Source of the DNA: Eledone cirrhosa
Lineage: Eukaryota
NCBI GenBank assembly: GCA_964016885.1
Contig: OZ024744.1
Coordinates: forward strand, 102,176,001 to 102,240,000
Length of the DNA stretch: 64,000 bases
Reading direction: 5' to 3'
The notes beneath the pieces are model-generated. The model was not told the origin of the DNA and did not search any database. It saw only the letters and a program-made list of their open reading frames with translations. The translations under genes were made by a program, and so were the position numbers. Of this stretch, positions 25,701 through 37,615 are shown in pieces. Numbering within the stretch: position 1 is the stretch's first letter; every line of letters begins with the position of its first letter.

Positions 25701-27058
25701 GCAGTTAGACCCGTGACGCAGCAGTTAGACCCGTGACGCAGCAGTTAGACCCGTGACGCAGCAGTTAGACCCGTGACGCAGCAGTTAGACCCGTGACGCA
25801 GCAGTTAGACCCGTGACGCAGCAGTTAGACCCGTGACCAAGCAGTTAGACCCGTGACCAAGCAGTTAGACCCGTGACCAAGCAGTTAGACCCGTGACCAA
25901 GCAGTTAGACCCGTGACCAAGCAGTTAGACCCGTGACCAAGCAGTTAGACCCGTGACCAAGCAGTTAGACCCGTGACCAAGCAGTTAGACCCGTGACCAA
26001 GCAGTTAGACCCGTGACCAAGCAGTTAGACCCGTGACCAAGCAGTTAGACCCGTGACGCAGCAGTTAGACCCGTGACGCAGCAGTTAGACCCGTGACGCA
26101 GCAGTTAGACCCGTGACCAAGCAGTTAGACCCGTGACCAAGCAGTTAGACCCGTGACCAAGCAGTTAGACCCGTGACCAAGCAGTTAGAGCCGTGACCAA
26201 GCAGTTAGAGCCGTGACCAAGCAGTTAGAGCCGTGACCAAGCAGTTAGACCCGTGACCAAGCAGTTAGACCCGTGTCCAAGCAGTTAGACCCGTGTCCAA
26301 GCAGTTAGACCCGTGTCCAAGCAGTTAGACCCGTGACCAAGCAGTTAGACCCGTGACCAAGCAGTTAGACCCGTGACCAAGCAGTTAGACCCGTGACCAA
26401 GCAGTTAGACCCGTGACCAAGCAGTTAGACCCGTGACGCAGCAGTTAGACCCGTGACGCAGCAGTTAGACCCGTGACCAAGCAGTTAGACCCGTGACCAA
26501 GCAGTTAGACCCGTGACGCAGCAGTTAGACCCGTGACCAAGCAGTTAGACCCGTGACCAAGCAGTTAGACCCGTGACCAAGCAGTTAGACCCGTGACCAA
26601 GCAGTTAGACCCGTGACCAAGCAGTTAGACCCGTGACAAAGCAGTTAGACCCGTGACAAAGCAGTTAGACCCGTGACAAAGCAGTTAGACCCGTGACCAA
26701 GCAGTTAGACCCATGACGCAGCAGTTAGACCCGTGACCAAGCAGTTAGACCCGTGACCAAGCAGTTAGACCCGTGACCAAGCAGTTAGACCCGTGACCAA
26801 GCAGTTAGACCCGTGACCAAGCAGTTAGACCCGTGACCAAGCAGTTAGACCCGTGACCAAGCAGTTAGAGCCGTGACCAAGCAGTTAGACCCGTGTCCAA
26901 GCAGTTAGACCCGTGTCCAAGCAGTTAGACCCGTGACCAAGCAGTTAGACCCGTGACCAAGCAGTTAGACCCGTGACCAAGCAGTTAGACCCGTGACCAA
27001 GCAGTTAGACCCATGACCAAGCAGTTAGACCCATGACCAAGCAGTTAGACCCATGACC
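22720..27058. repeat. 20-bp minisatellite GCAGTTAGACCCGTGACCAA, ~215 copies (intronic)
   Basis: Strict 20-nt periodicity with clustered variant units. Confidence 0.98.
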
Positions 27059-27554
27059 CCCCCTCTCTATCAAGCACATCCCCCACTCCATGACATCCCC
27101 TCTCCCCATACACTAACTAGCTACACCTACACCTTACACCACCTATCTCTCCCTCATGCCCCCACCCCCACCATATTGACTACTACATCCCCATACGCTA
27201 ATCAGCCATCCCTGCACCTGTAACTTAATACCTGGTTCCTCCCCTACTGCCCCCTACCCAGATCTGAGAGGGCTCTATAGTTGGGTCTACAGTCAACAAC
27301 CTCTCTAGTGATGGTGCCATGAAAATACACCCGCTGTAGAAACCATGGCTAAAAGGGTTGAGGGTACCCTTCAACTGTGTCAAAGACACAACAACCTCTC
27401 TAGTATTGGTGACCTACACGATAAATATACCCAGTACATACTGTAGAGTGGTTGGTGTTAGGAAGGGCATCCAGCTGTAGAAAGCTTGCCAAACAAGGAA
27501 TTAGGAGAATCTTTCAGTTTGTGTCAAAAGACGACAACTTTACCTCTGCATTTA

Positions 27555-27745
27555 ATAATTGTTTCTACTTTTGGCACAAGGCCAGCAATTACCCCAGTGC
27601 ATTACTGGTACTTTATTTTATCGATCCCGTAAGGATGAAAGGCAAAGTTAACCTTGGCGGGATTTGAACTCAGAATGACAAGGGCCGTAACTATGCTACA
27701 AAGCATGGTGTCCGACCCTCTACCGAAACTGCCAATTCACCGCCT
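27555..27745 (-). mobile_element. SINE family A copy
   Basis: Reverse complement of 1485-1680. Confidence 0.85.
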
Positions 27746-27848
27746 TAATAATGACTGTAAGTAAGAGGGATACAGACCTCAGCCTGTCTGGGATGCCTGT
27801 GGTCCCAGTTCAGTACTAAGTCTATGAAGACCAGTCCAACCCTTGCTA

Positions 27849-28243
27849 GCAGTTAGACCCATCATCAAGCAGTTAGACCCATCATCAAGCAGTTAGACCC
27901 ATCATCAAGCAGTTAGACCCATCATCAAGCAGTTAGACCCATCATCAAGCAGTTAGACCCATCATCAAGCAGTTAGACCCATCATCAAGCAGTTAGACCC
28001 ATCATCAAGCAGTTAGACCCATCATCAAGCAGTTAGACCCATCATCAAGCAGTTAGACCCATCATCAAGCAGTTAGACCCATCATCAAGCAGTTAGACCC
28101 ATCATCAAGCAGTTAGACCCATCATCAAGCAGTTAGACCCATCATCAAGCAATTAGATCCATCATCAAGCAATTAGATCCATCATCAAGCAGTTAGACCC
28201 ATCATCAAGCAGTTAGACCCATCATCAAGCAGTTAGACCTATC
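27849..28243. repeat. 20-bp minisatellite GCAGTTAGACCCATCATCAA, ~20 copies
   Basis: Strict periodicity. It is a sister variant of the 22.7-27.1 kb unit. Confidence 0.97.
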
Positions 28244-28599
28244 ATGTCTGGGATGCCTGTGGCCCCAGTTCAGTACTAAGTCTATGTAGACCAGTCCAAC
28301 CCTTGCTAGCAGGGAAAGAAGACATTAAATGATGATGATGATGATGATGATGATTCATTTATTATGGCTGTATATATTCTGCACTGGCAGTATAATCAGG
28401 TCAGACTAAATTTTCAATAACAGAGAGAGTATAAATAGGGGAAGACTCAAAGATGGAGGAGATGAGGTAGGTGGATAGGTCTTTTAAATGGGTGTATTAG
28501 AAGGGAGTTATGAAATGAAAAAGCTGAAGCAGGAGGGAACTCTAAGATGTATGTTGATGGTAATAAAGTTGATGATAAGAATTAGTTAAAAGGGTGAAG

Positions 28600-28760
28600 T
28601 TTTGGGTGATTATGGTGGTGGTAGTGCGATGATGATGATAATGATGGTTGTGGTGGTGGTGGTGGTGAGGGTGGTCGTCATGATGATAATGATGGTGGCG
28701 GTGGTGGTGATGGTGGTCATGACGGTGATAATGATAGTGATAGTGATGATGATGAACAAG
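28600..28760. repeat. (GAT/GGT)n low-complexity microsatellite
   Basis: Direct inspection. Confidence 0.85.
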
Positions 28761-29124
28761 GTGAATGAGATGAATGGAAAACAACTTGGGTAGGTAGGTA
28801 GGTAGGTGGGTATATGTCTATCGGTGAGGGCAAATAAAATATTTACTGAAACATATTTATTGAGAAATAGAATTCCTTGAAAAATGGTAATGGCTTTTGC
28901 TAATGGAATGGTTCAGTAGATTTGTGTTAGTTGGGGGGGTGATGGTGGTGGTGATGAACATATTTAGTGGATAGTGGACAGTGGGTGATGATGATGATGT
29001 GGTAGTGGTGGGTATAAAAAAGAGGAAGAAAAAGAAAAGGAAGGAGGAAGTAAGGAGAAGTGAAAGGAAAAGGAAAAAGAAAAAAAAAAGAAAAAAGAGA
29101 AAAACAAATAGAGTCATTACTTAC

Positions 29125-29170
29125 ATCTTTGGTCAAGTTGATATAAAGTCGGGGAGTTGTGCTAGAAACC
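29125..29170 (-). CDS. SIRT2: Sirtuin-2-like exon (L)VSSTTPRLYINLTKD
   Basis: tttttcttcttctag acceptor and gtaagt donor. Matches the sirtuin PRLLIN motif. Confidence 0.92.
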
Positions 29171-29299
29171 CTAGAAGAAGAAAAATAGTCTATTTTTCCA
29201 CTTTTCAATATTTCCAAGGGTTAATGAACCCCAACACACATATTACACGAACAACATAAATATGTCATGAAAAGGTTAGGGATAAAAACTGAAAATAAA

Positions 29300-29700
29300 A
29301 TATTTCTATTTTTGGTACAAGGCCAGCAATTACCCGGTACATTACTGGTACTTTATTTTATTGACCCCCGTAAGGATGAAAGGCAAAGTTAACCTCGACG
29401 GGATTTGAACAGACTGTAAAAGGACGTCATTATGCTAGAAAGCGTGGCGTTCAACCCTCTACCGATACTGCCAATTCACCACCCTAGTCAAACAATAATA
29501 ATGGTTTCTTATATAGGCACAACACCAGCAATTTGGGGGAGGGGAAAGTCGATTAAATCGACCCCAGTGCATTACTGGTACTTTATTTTATCAACCCTGT
29601 GAGGATGAAAGGCAAAGTTAACCTCGGCGGGATTTGAACTCAGAACTTAAAGGGACGTAACTATGCCGCGAAGCGTGGTCTCTGACGATCTACCAATACT
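29300..29700 (-). mobile_element. Two tandem SINE family A copies
   Basis: Two reverse-complement copies with the central domain and B box (ggatttgaac). The second is cut by the adjacent LINE tail. Confidence 0.8.
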
Positions 29701-29701
29701 G

Positions 29702-30660
29702 GTTTCTTTATTAAGGACAGCACAGGATGGTTCAGTGTAGCTTTTAACATGTAAAAAGGTTTTAACAAAAACTAGAAAACAAAAAAAAAAAACATGCAAA
29801 AAATTCAAACAAAACAAATTCCCCTATAGAGGAGGGGGGCATCTGAGGGTCACTCGTGGAGAAAGCCCACAAAAAGCCACAACCATCCTGACAGTGAGGG
29901 AAAATGACCCCTCCTCAAATCTACAAGTGCTCGGACCATGCTCACCACCCTCATCCACCTTTCAACAAACTGGTTAGAAGTCAGCACCTCCCTTTCCACC
30001 CTGATTTTCCTCTTCAAGTGAAACCTGAAAAGGTCAATCAGGGATTTACCAAAGAGGAAAGTGTTTGTCGTCAACACTTTCAAACATGCCCACCACACAA
30101 CCTGTTTCGCCATAACCACCAGATAGATAAAACAACCTGCCCTTCCTGGCTAAAGGAAGGTGATGGGGCAATCTTCACAATGGACTTGGCTGATAGCAAC
30201 ATTTGTCCTACATGTGACAGCAAGTGTTAAACATAAGCCCACAAGTCAGTAATGCTCGAACACTCGACGTGTGCATGCAAAATCGTTTTGTCGCCCTGTG
30301 CACATTTTTGGACAGGCCCAGCTGATGGCACATCCATGCCTGTTGAGTTTATCTCGAACTGGCAAAGCTCCCCAGTAGCACTGCCAGGCCAGGGATTTCT
30401 AGAAGTTATCCTTGGGCTCTGGACCAAAAGTCCTCCAGAAAAGAATGGCTAGTTGATTTTCATCAATGCCCAGAGTCTCCTCAAGAATGTTGTCTCTTTT
30501 TTCCACCCCTAACCTTTTATAGAACACCAAAATAGAGTTTACACTGATCGCACTGCCCGATTAGCTGAGGGCTGTGAGTGCTTGAAGACATTCTGGTTTC
30601 CAAGATCCACCAGATGTTTATGCCTGGCAGGACACTCAATATTCTCAGCCAGACAGTTCT
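29702..30660 (-). mobile_element. Tx1/L1-like LINE 3' fragment
   Basis: Minus-strand Cys/His-containing C-terminus (C...TILHAHVEC...LWAYV; VVWW...RFHLKRKIRVERE...FVERW) and a 3' UTR ending AATAAAGAAA. The same 3' UTR recurs at ~36500-36750. Confidence 0.7.
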
Positions 30661-30664
30661 CCTT

Positions 30665-31575
30665 GTATTGTTTAACCCTACTGTAATTCCATCATTGTAG
30701 ATTTAACCCCACAGTTGTAGGTTTAACCCTACTGTAATTCTATCATTGTAGATTTAACCCCACAGTTGTAGGTTTAACCCTACTGTAATTCTATCATTGT
30801 AGATTTAGCCCCACAGTTGTATTGTTTAACCCTACTGTAATTCCATCATTGTAGATTTAACCCCACAGTTGTAGGTTTAACCCTACTGTAATTCCATCAT
30901 TGTAGATTTAACCCCACAGTTGTAGGTTTAACCCTACTGTAATTCCATCATTGTAGATTTAACCCCACAGTTGTAGGTTTAACCCTACTGTAATTCCATC
31001 ATTGTAGATTTAACCCCACAGTTGTAGGTTTAACCCTACTGTAATTCCATCATTGTAGATTTAACCCCACAGTTGTAGGTTTAACCCTACTGTAATTCCA
31101 TCATTGTAGATTTAACCCCACAGTTGTAGGTTTAACCCTACTGTAATTCCATCATTGTAGATTTAACCCCACAGTTGTAGGTTTAACCCTACTGTAATTC
31201 CATCATTGTAGATTTAACCCCACAGTTGTAGGTTTAACCCTATTGTAATTCCATCATTGTAGATTTAAACCCACAGTTGTAGGTTTAACCCTACTGTAAT
31301 TCCATCATCGTAGGTTTAACCCCACAGTTGTAGGTTTAACCCTACTGTAATTCCATCATTGTAGATTTAACCCCACAGTTGTAGGTTTAACCCTATTGTA
31401 ATTCCATCATTGTAGATTTAAACCCACAGTTGTAGGTTTAACCCTACTGTAATTCCATCATCGTAGGTTTAACCCCACAGTTGTAGGTTTAACCCTACTG
31501 TAATTCCATCATTGTAGATTTAACCCCACAGTTGTAGGTTTAACCCTACTATTATTGTAGATTTAACCCTACTGT
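30665..31575. repeat. 51-bp minisatellite made of related 30- and 21-nt subunits, ~17 copies
   Basis: Unit gtttaaccctactgtaattccatcattgtagatttaaccccacagttgtag. Confidence 0.97.
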
Positions 31576-31737
31576 ATGACACATGGTTCTAGGTTTAACC
31601 CCAACTTCAACCACATGGAATAGTGGGAGATAGTTATAAATTTGGTAACATTGAAATATTTCAGAGAAAGCATATATTTAAACATTAATATTTATGAAAT
31701 CCTAGAAGTATCAAATGAAAAAGAAAGCCCAACTCAC

Positions 31738-31814
31738 AGTGAAACAATTGCTGCAAATGGCATAACTGTTAATGATGTCCCAAGAATAATTAATAAATCG
31801 CAATCCTTGAAGTC
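31738..31814 (-). CDS. SIRT2: Sirtuin-2-like exon DFKDCDLLIILGTSLTVMPFAAIVS(L)
   Basis: tttaattctatag acceptor and gtgagt donor. Contains the sirtuin GTSL.V.PF signature. Confidence 0.95.
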
Positions 31815-31942
31815 CTATAGAATTAAATAAGAAAAATATATTATGTTTAATGTACAGAGTTAATAGTATCAGTTTGATGAATTGTGAGGAAAAAGAAAAC
31901 ATTGTTAACCCTTTTGATACCAAACTTAGCCAAAAAACCAGC

Positions 31943-32171
31943 TTAACCCTTTAACATTTACACTACTCTATATTTACTATTGTATTTTTCTGGTAAAGGC
32001 TTTATTCTACATTATTAACTCACATAATATCGAATCTACAAGATTTTGATGATATTTATTTTGAAAATAATACCTTAACATCAGTATGAGTGGCCAGTTA
32101 TGGCCAGTTTGAACAGAAAAGGGTGAGAGAATTCTGGCCGGATATGGCTGGTTTAAACGCTAAAGGTTTAA
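31943..32171. mobile_element. TTAA-flanked (piggyBac-like) MITE; related partial copies at ~3310-3500 and ~18070-18221
   Basis: ttaaccctttaacattta ... taaacgctaaaggtttaa inverted ends. The internal sequence is shared with the other copies. Confidence 0.6.
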
Positions 32172-32902
32172 AGGTTTTTATTTAAATTAATATTTTCCAA
32201 CATAATTTTATATGATAATCTTTTGTTCAGTTATGTTACAAATACCATCTTAATAATGAAATAATAACCCTACCAAATTATTCATTGATTAATTAAAATA
32301 CAGTGTTTCAGTAGAAATACAGTAACAAAAAGTTTTAAAAAATAAACAATCTATATTTGTTATTTGTCTCAAGAGAAACTATTAATTTGCCAAGGTTAGA
32401 ATGACATAATTAACTCATAATTAAACCCTTTTAGATAACATGGTGAACTTCATTAGACTTACTGAGCCGAATAAAGTATTCACATTCCTTCTTAACCAAC
32501 CTTTGCACTAAACACACCATTCAATCTTTCAATTTACAGAGTGTACTGGGTGTATTTTATTGTGACACCAGCACAGCTACTTTACAGAATGTACTGGGTG
32601 TAATTTAAATTTATTGTGGCATCAGCACTACTACTTTACAGAATATACTGAATGTAAGTTATTGTGGCACCAGCACTGCTACAGAGTGTACTAGGTGTAA
32701 AGGTAGGAATGAGAAAATTGCTAATTCGTTATACAATATCATACATGAGAAATTAACCTAATTTTTTTTAAAAACACACACAAAAAAAAAAGTGAAGTTA
32801 AAATGATCAAAAGAATGTGCTAATGTTGTGTATTTACTGCATAATTACTTCTAATTAATTACTTAGTACTCCATTAACACTAGTTTCACTTTGGAATAGA
32901 TA

Positions 32903-33139
32903 CAGAGGCATAGCTAGAGTTTGCGCCATCCAGGTCAGTCCCTCAGTTTGAAACCCAACTCATATACTGAAATTGTGTACAATGCTCAGGTGCACTACAC
33001 CTCATCAACGGTGCATGTATAGTACACAGAATAATGTACAAATGTCAGGAAAGTGAACAGTGTACGAGTCATACTATACACACAGTGCAAGACTGCACCC
33101 CTCTCGCAACACCCACACACACCTCTAGTTATGTCTTTG
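32903..33139. mobile_element. MITE with short terminal inverted repeats
   Basis: cagaggcatagctagag ... ctctagttatgtctttg imperfect inverted termini. Confidence 0.5.
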
Positions 33140-33239
33140 ACTAGATAATTTGGTACTGATGCAAGAAAACAATTTTGTTGATCCATTTAGATAATAGAAA
33201 AAAAAATCAAAAAAAAATCAGTAAAACAATAATAGAATT

Positions 33240-33425
33240 ATAAATGTTTCTACTTTTGGCACAAGGCCAGTAATTACCCCAGTGCATTACTGGTACTTTA
33301 TTTTATCGACCCCGTAAGGATGAAAGGCAAAGTTAACCTCAGCAGGATTTGAACTCAGACCGTATAGGACGTAACTATGCCGCAAACCATGGCATCCAAC
33401 CCTCTACTGACACTGCTAATCCACA
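33240..33425 (-). mobile_element. SINE family A copy
   Basis: Reverse complement of 1485-1680. Confidence 0.85.
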
Positions 33426-34420
33426 AAATTATAATGAACAAAATTTCAATGCAAATAGACTGGAATGTTTTTCTCAGAGTTCCCTATAATCTGATAAAGG
33501 GAATTTTAAGTCCTGAAATATTACAACAATAAAAAAACTACACTACAAAAAACAAAGATTACCAGGTAACTAACGCTTTTGTTACCTTCATCTTACCGTC
33601 AATTTTGCATTGTTTTAGCCTTATTACATATATATCACTTATCACATTATATATTGAACAAGTAAATAATTTTATTGATAAATATATAAGTGCAGGAAAT
33701 AGCTGCATGGTTAAGGAGTTTGGACAAGTGTCTTCCACTATGGCCACAGGTTGACCAATGCCTTGTGAATGGAATTTGGGAGATGGAAACTACAATAAGG
33801 TAATATATTAGAAAATATATATGTGTATATAGAGATATGTAAAATCCCGACTGTGGTGCCAAGCAGTTTCAGCTTGTGTCTTCAGCAAGCCTTTTCAAAG
33901 GTGTAGTAATATTTGTAGGGTTTGAAAAAATAGGTCACTAGTCTTGGTAGGGCTTTGGTTGAATTTTATCATAGTAGTAGTAAACTGGTCTGGTGGAGAA
34001 AGTGTGTGTGTGTGTGTATGGGGGGGGGGGGGCAGATAGTGGTAAGTATATTTACACAGGCACAGGGTCAAGAGAAGGTAGCAGTGTGGGGTTAGTGGGT
34101 AGGAGAAGATCAGGCTTAATGGCCATAGAATAGGGGGTGGAGGAGTAAGACTATCTATAGACAGGGCTTATAGGCTGAAGGAGTATATGTGTGTGTGTGT
34201 GTGTGTGTGCATGCATGCTTGGTTGGTTGTTTGTAACTGTGTCTATTGTGTTTATGTCCCATAACTTAGCAGTTTGACAAAAAGGGGATTAATAAAATAA
34301 GTACCAGACTTGAAATAAATAATTACAGGGGTCAATATGATCGATTAATTAAATCAAAGCCATGCTCCAGCATGGCTGCAGTCTATTGAAACAAGTAAAA
34401 GAGCAAAAGAGAATAATTAC

Positions 34421-34473
34421 CTTTTGATGTGTATAAAATTTGTCGGGCAACTTTTCTCCAAAAAATACTATAT
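34421..34473 (-). CDS. SIRT2: Sirtuin-2-like exon (D)IVFFGEKLPDKFYTHQK
   Basis: tcttttctctttag acceptor and gtaatt donor. Carries the sirtuin (P)DIVFFGE.LP signature. It is the most upstream exon found in the window. Confidence 0.95.
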
Positions 34474-35825
34474 CTAAAGAGAAAAGAGAAAAAACAACAA
34501 AAGTTAAAGATAATAGATTATAGATTTTAAAATCTGATATCTAAAATTGTTCAGAAACTAACATCCGAGGAATTAAATTCATCATCATCATCGTTTAATG
34601 CCTATCTTCCACGCTAGCATGGGTTAGACGGGAATTGTCCCACTTGAGGCAAGGTTGGTCGGGTGACCGTGTCTCGCTCGTATAGGACTGGCTGGCAGGT
34701 TTTCTACGGATGGATGCCCTTCCTAACACCAACAACATTTACAGTGTGGACGGGGAACTTTTTACCATGTTACCTACATGGCCACATTATAGCATGGACT
34801 GTGTGTGTTTTTTTTATCGTGACACCTACACGATCTCGATCTCATTAGTTTGGGCTGGATGTTGTGGTACCAACATAACTTTACAGAGAAAGGGTGGTGT
34901 TGGTGGGAGTGGGAGGATGGAATAGGGGTAGCTGGTTGGGGTGTATAATTGCATTTAACAATTTTATTAATAGATTTTTTTTCTATTTTTTTTCTATTTT
35001 ATCATTACCATAATCACTATCACCATCACCATCATCACCAACAACCTTCTAATAATGAACTTAGACCATATCACTAAACATTTTTTGTCATCTCATATAA
35101 GCACAGCTGGGACGAAACAACTGAGGGTATTTGAGATGATGTGCTTCAGAAGAACTCTGTGGTGGATCAGTTAGGAAGCTTGTGGAGTGGGCAGTTCAGT
35201 CTTGGAGGAGATGGACACAAGACAGTGTGATGGTAGTTAGAGGGTGAAAATTGTGATATTTTATCCATGTTTGGAGCCAAAAGTTTTCATGTGATGGAAA
35301 TTAAGGTGGAGTAACGACATCAAGGACTGAACAGGAAAGACCCCATCAGGGTGTATGGTTGCAGCACAACACTGCAATGTGTGGTGGCTGTGTGTCTCAG
35401 GCACCTGGACCCTCAACATATAAAGAATGGTAAAATTGTTAGAGGACTGGACAAAATGCTTTTCAGCATTTATTTATGGCCTTTTACTTTCTGAGTTGAG
35501 TTCAAATTCCGCTAAGTTCAGCTTTGCTTTTCACCCTTCCGGATTCAATTAAATGAAATACCAGTCAAGTACTGGGTTTGATGGAATCAACTTTTCCCAC
35601 TCTCCACAAATTGTTGTCCTTGTACCTAAATTAGAAATTATTATTATCATTATTTGACTATTTATCACGAGCAACTTTGATGTTACTTTATGCTAGTTAT
35701 TTTAGGGAATACCTGGCTACAACTACTAACCTGGGGTAACTACAACTTTTCCATATCATTCCTTGTCATTTCACACTATTATTTAAACAATAAATAATAA
35801 AGAAATAATAAAGAAATAAAGAAAT

Positions 35826-36095
35826 CATTATTATTATTATTATTATTTTCATCATTACACAGTGTTGATGTTAACTACCGATATTTCTCTTCTTACCATC
35901 AGGCTTCATCTCGGAGCTTAAGATGATAACATTTACTTTATATTCTTCTAGATGGTATCCAATACTTTTATAATAATGCTTTTTGTACAGGCTCTATAGC
36001 AAGATCAGATCCAATTTCTTACAAATTCTTTGTAAGATTGTCTGTTACAGATCCCAGGGTTCCTATAATTATTGGTATCAATATTACCTTATTTA
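35826..36095 (-). mobile_element. 3' fragment of a restriction-endonuclease-like (R4/Dong/NeSL-type) non-LTR element
   Basis: Minus-strand translation KVILIPIIIGTLGSVTDNLTKNL...VQKALL resembles the P..IG..G motif at the end of REL domains, and a (TAA)n tail follows. Confidence 0.55.
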
Positions 36096-36184
36096 CTTAA
36101 TCCCTCCATATTATTATTATCATTATTAGCCAGTTTGTTGAAAGGTGGGTGAGAGAGGCAAGAATGGCCCGTGTGCCTGTAGCA

Positions 36185-36497
36185 TCATCATCATCAGGTT
36201 TAGCGTCCGTGTTCCACGCTTGCATGGGTTTGGACGGGGGTTTTCCCACTTGAGGCAAGAGTGGTTGTCTTGCTCGCATAGGACTGTCTGGCGGGTTTTC
36301 TACAGCTGGATGCCCTTCCTAACACCAACCACATTTACAGTGTGGGGCTGGGAGGTTTTTACCGTGTTGCCTACACAGCCACATTACAGCGTGGACTGTC
36401 TGGCGGGTTTTCTACAGCTGGATGCCCTTCCTAACACCAACCACATTTACAGTGTGGGGCTGGGAGGTTTTTACCGTGTTGCCTACACAGCCACATT
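36185..36497 (-). mobile_element. SINE family B copy with an internal 112-bp tandem duplication
   Basis: The block at 36281 recurs essentially unchanged at 36393. Homologous to 19035 and 34580. Confidence 0.75.
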
Positions 36498-36499
36498 TA

Positions 36500-36752
36500 A
36501 GGAGGAAAACTGGAAGAGGGCACTTACTTGCCCTAGCGGTCAGGGTAACCATGGCTTTTTTGTGGGCTTTCTCCACGAGGGACCCTCAGAAGTCTCTCCC
36601 CTATTGGGGAATTTTTCATTGTTTCTTTTTTTTGTTACATCCTCTGTTTTTATTTTTTACACACAGAAATGCCCATTTGTACTGTCATGTATTGTCCTGT
36701 GTTGTTCTTAATGTTATACTTTGTGTCAACCCTTGTGGTTAATAAAGAAAGC
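36500..36752 (+). mobile_element. Tx1/L1-like LINE extreme 3' end
   Basis: ggcttttttgtgggctttctccacgagggaccctcaga...taataaagaaa matches the reverse complement of 29702-29900. Confidence 0.65.
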
Positions 36753-37454
36753 GTTATTATTATTATAGGCCCAACATCATGACATTTGACCTCACAAGCT
36801 TTTCCTAACTTTTATTTTACATTGCTCATCTATTCACATCAATTGTCTAAATTGGTCAGTTGAATCCCTTGTATATTTCATGATACATTTAACACCCAAC
36901 CAGGCTTTCATCCCACTTTTTCACAGCCTCATAAACAAGTTAATATTAAATATCCAACAGATCATACTTGCGTAATCTTCCCTGTTCCCTGTCCATGCCT
37001 CCCTACCATCCAGCATCACATTTCTAACTCATGCTTCGTACAGTCAACCTTTTTAGATGAAGAGAGAAACCTTTTATTATAAGAGATAACCACCCTCTCT
37101 ATCTGTGGCACATCATGCAATTTATAGTCCTTTCCTCAAGTCTGTCTTAAAGCAATGAACTGGGATTGGCCCCTTCATAGGCAAACACGGCATACATAGA
37201 TTAGAATTGGGCCCCTGGACCTAGTGCAGCCCACCAGGCAACTGTCCAGTGTGACTATGCTTTAAGACAGCCCTGAAATGCAACCCAAATTATATCACCC
37301 ACATAACAGAAACTTTAGGGAGTCATTTTAGCAGTACATGGCACATTTTTTGTGGGGGCATGACACCTTTTACAAAGTACACTTGTCCTGTTTCTTTGTC
37401 AGAATGTCAAACATCTGCATCATTGTGTTTGTAGTGGTATGTGCATAATGTTTA

Positions 37455-37615
37455 TTAAATCGACCCCAGTACATTACTGGTGCTTTATTTTATCGACCCC
37501 GTAAGGATGAAAGGCAAAGTTAACCTCGGCAGTATTTGAACTCAGACCGGAAAGGACTGTAACTCTGTGCTGCAAAGCATGGCTTCGGACTCTACTGATA
37601 CTGCCAACCCACCAC
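37455..37615 (-). mobile_element. SINE family A copy
   Basis: Reverse-complement head and central domain. Confidence 0.8.

Noticed and set aside
28542-29259. His-rich, Val/Met-rich and Lys-rich ORFs
   Set aside because: These are microsatellite or low-complexity translations. Only 29125-29170 is supported as an exon.
30665-31575. Interstitial telomeric repeat (TAACCC)
   Set aside because: TAACCC occurs only as isolated hexamers inside a 51-bp unit, never as tandem TTAGGG.
35893-35930. Minus-strand MKPD followed by gtaaga as the missing sirtuin VKP exon
   Set aside because: It lacks the zinc-binding Cys pair and a suitable acceptor, would duplicate the Asp, and lies in a retroelement 3' end.
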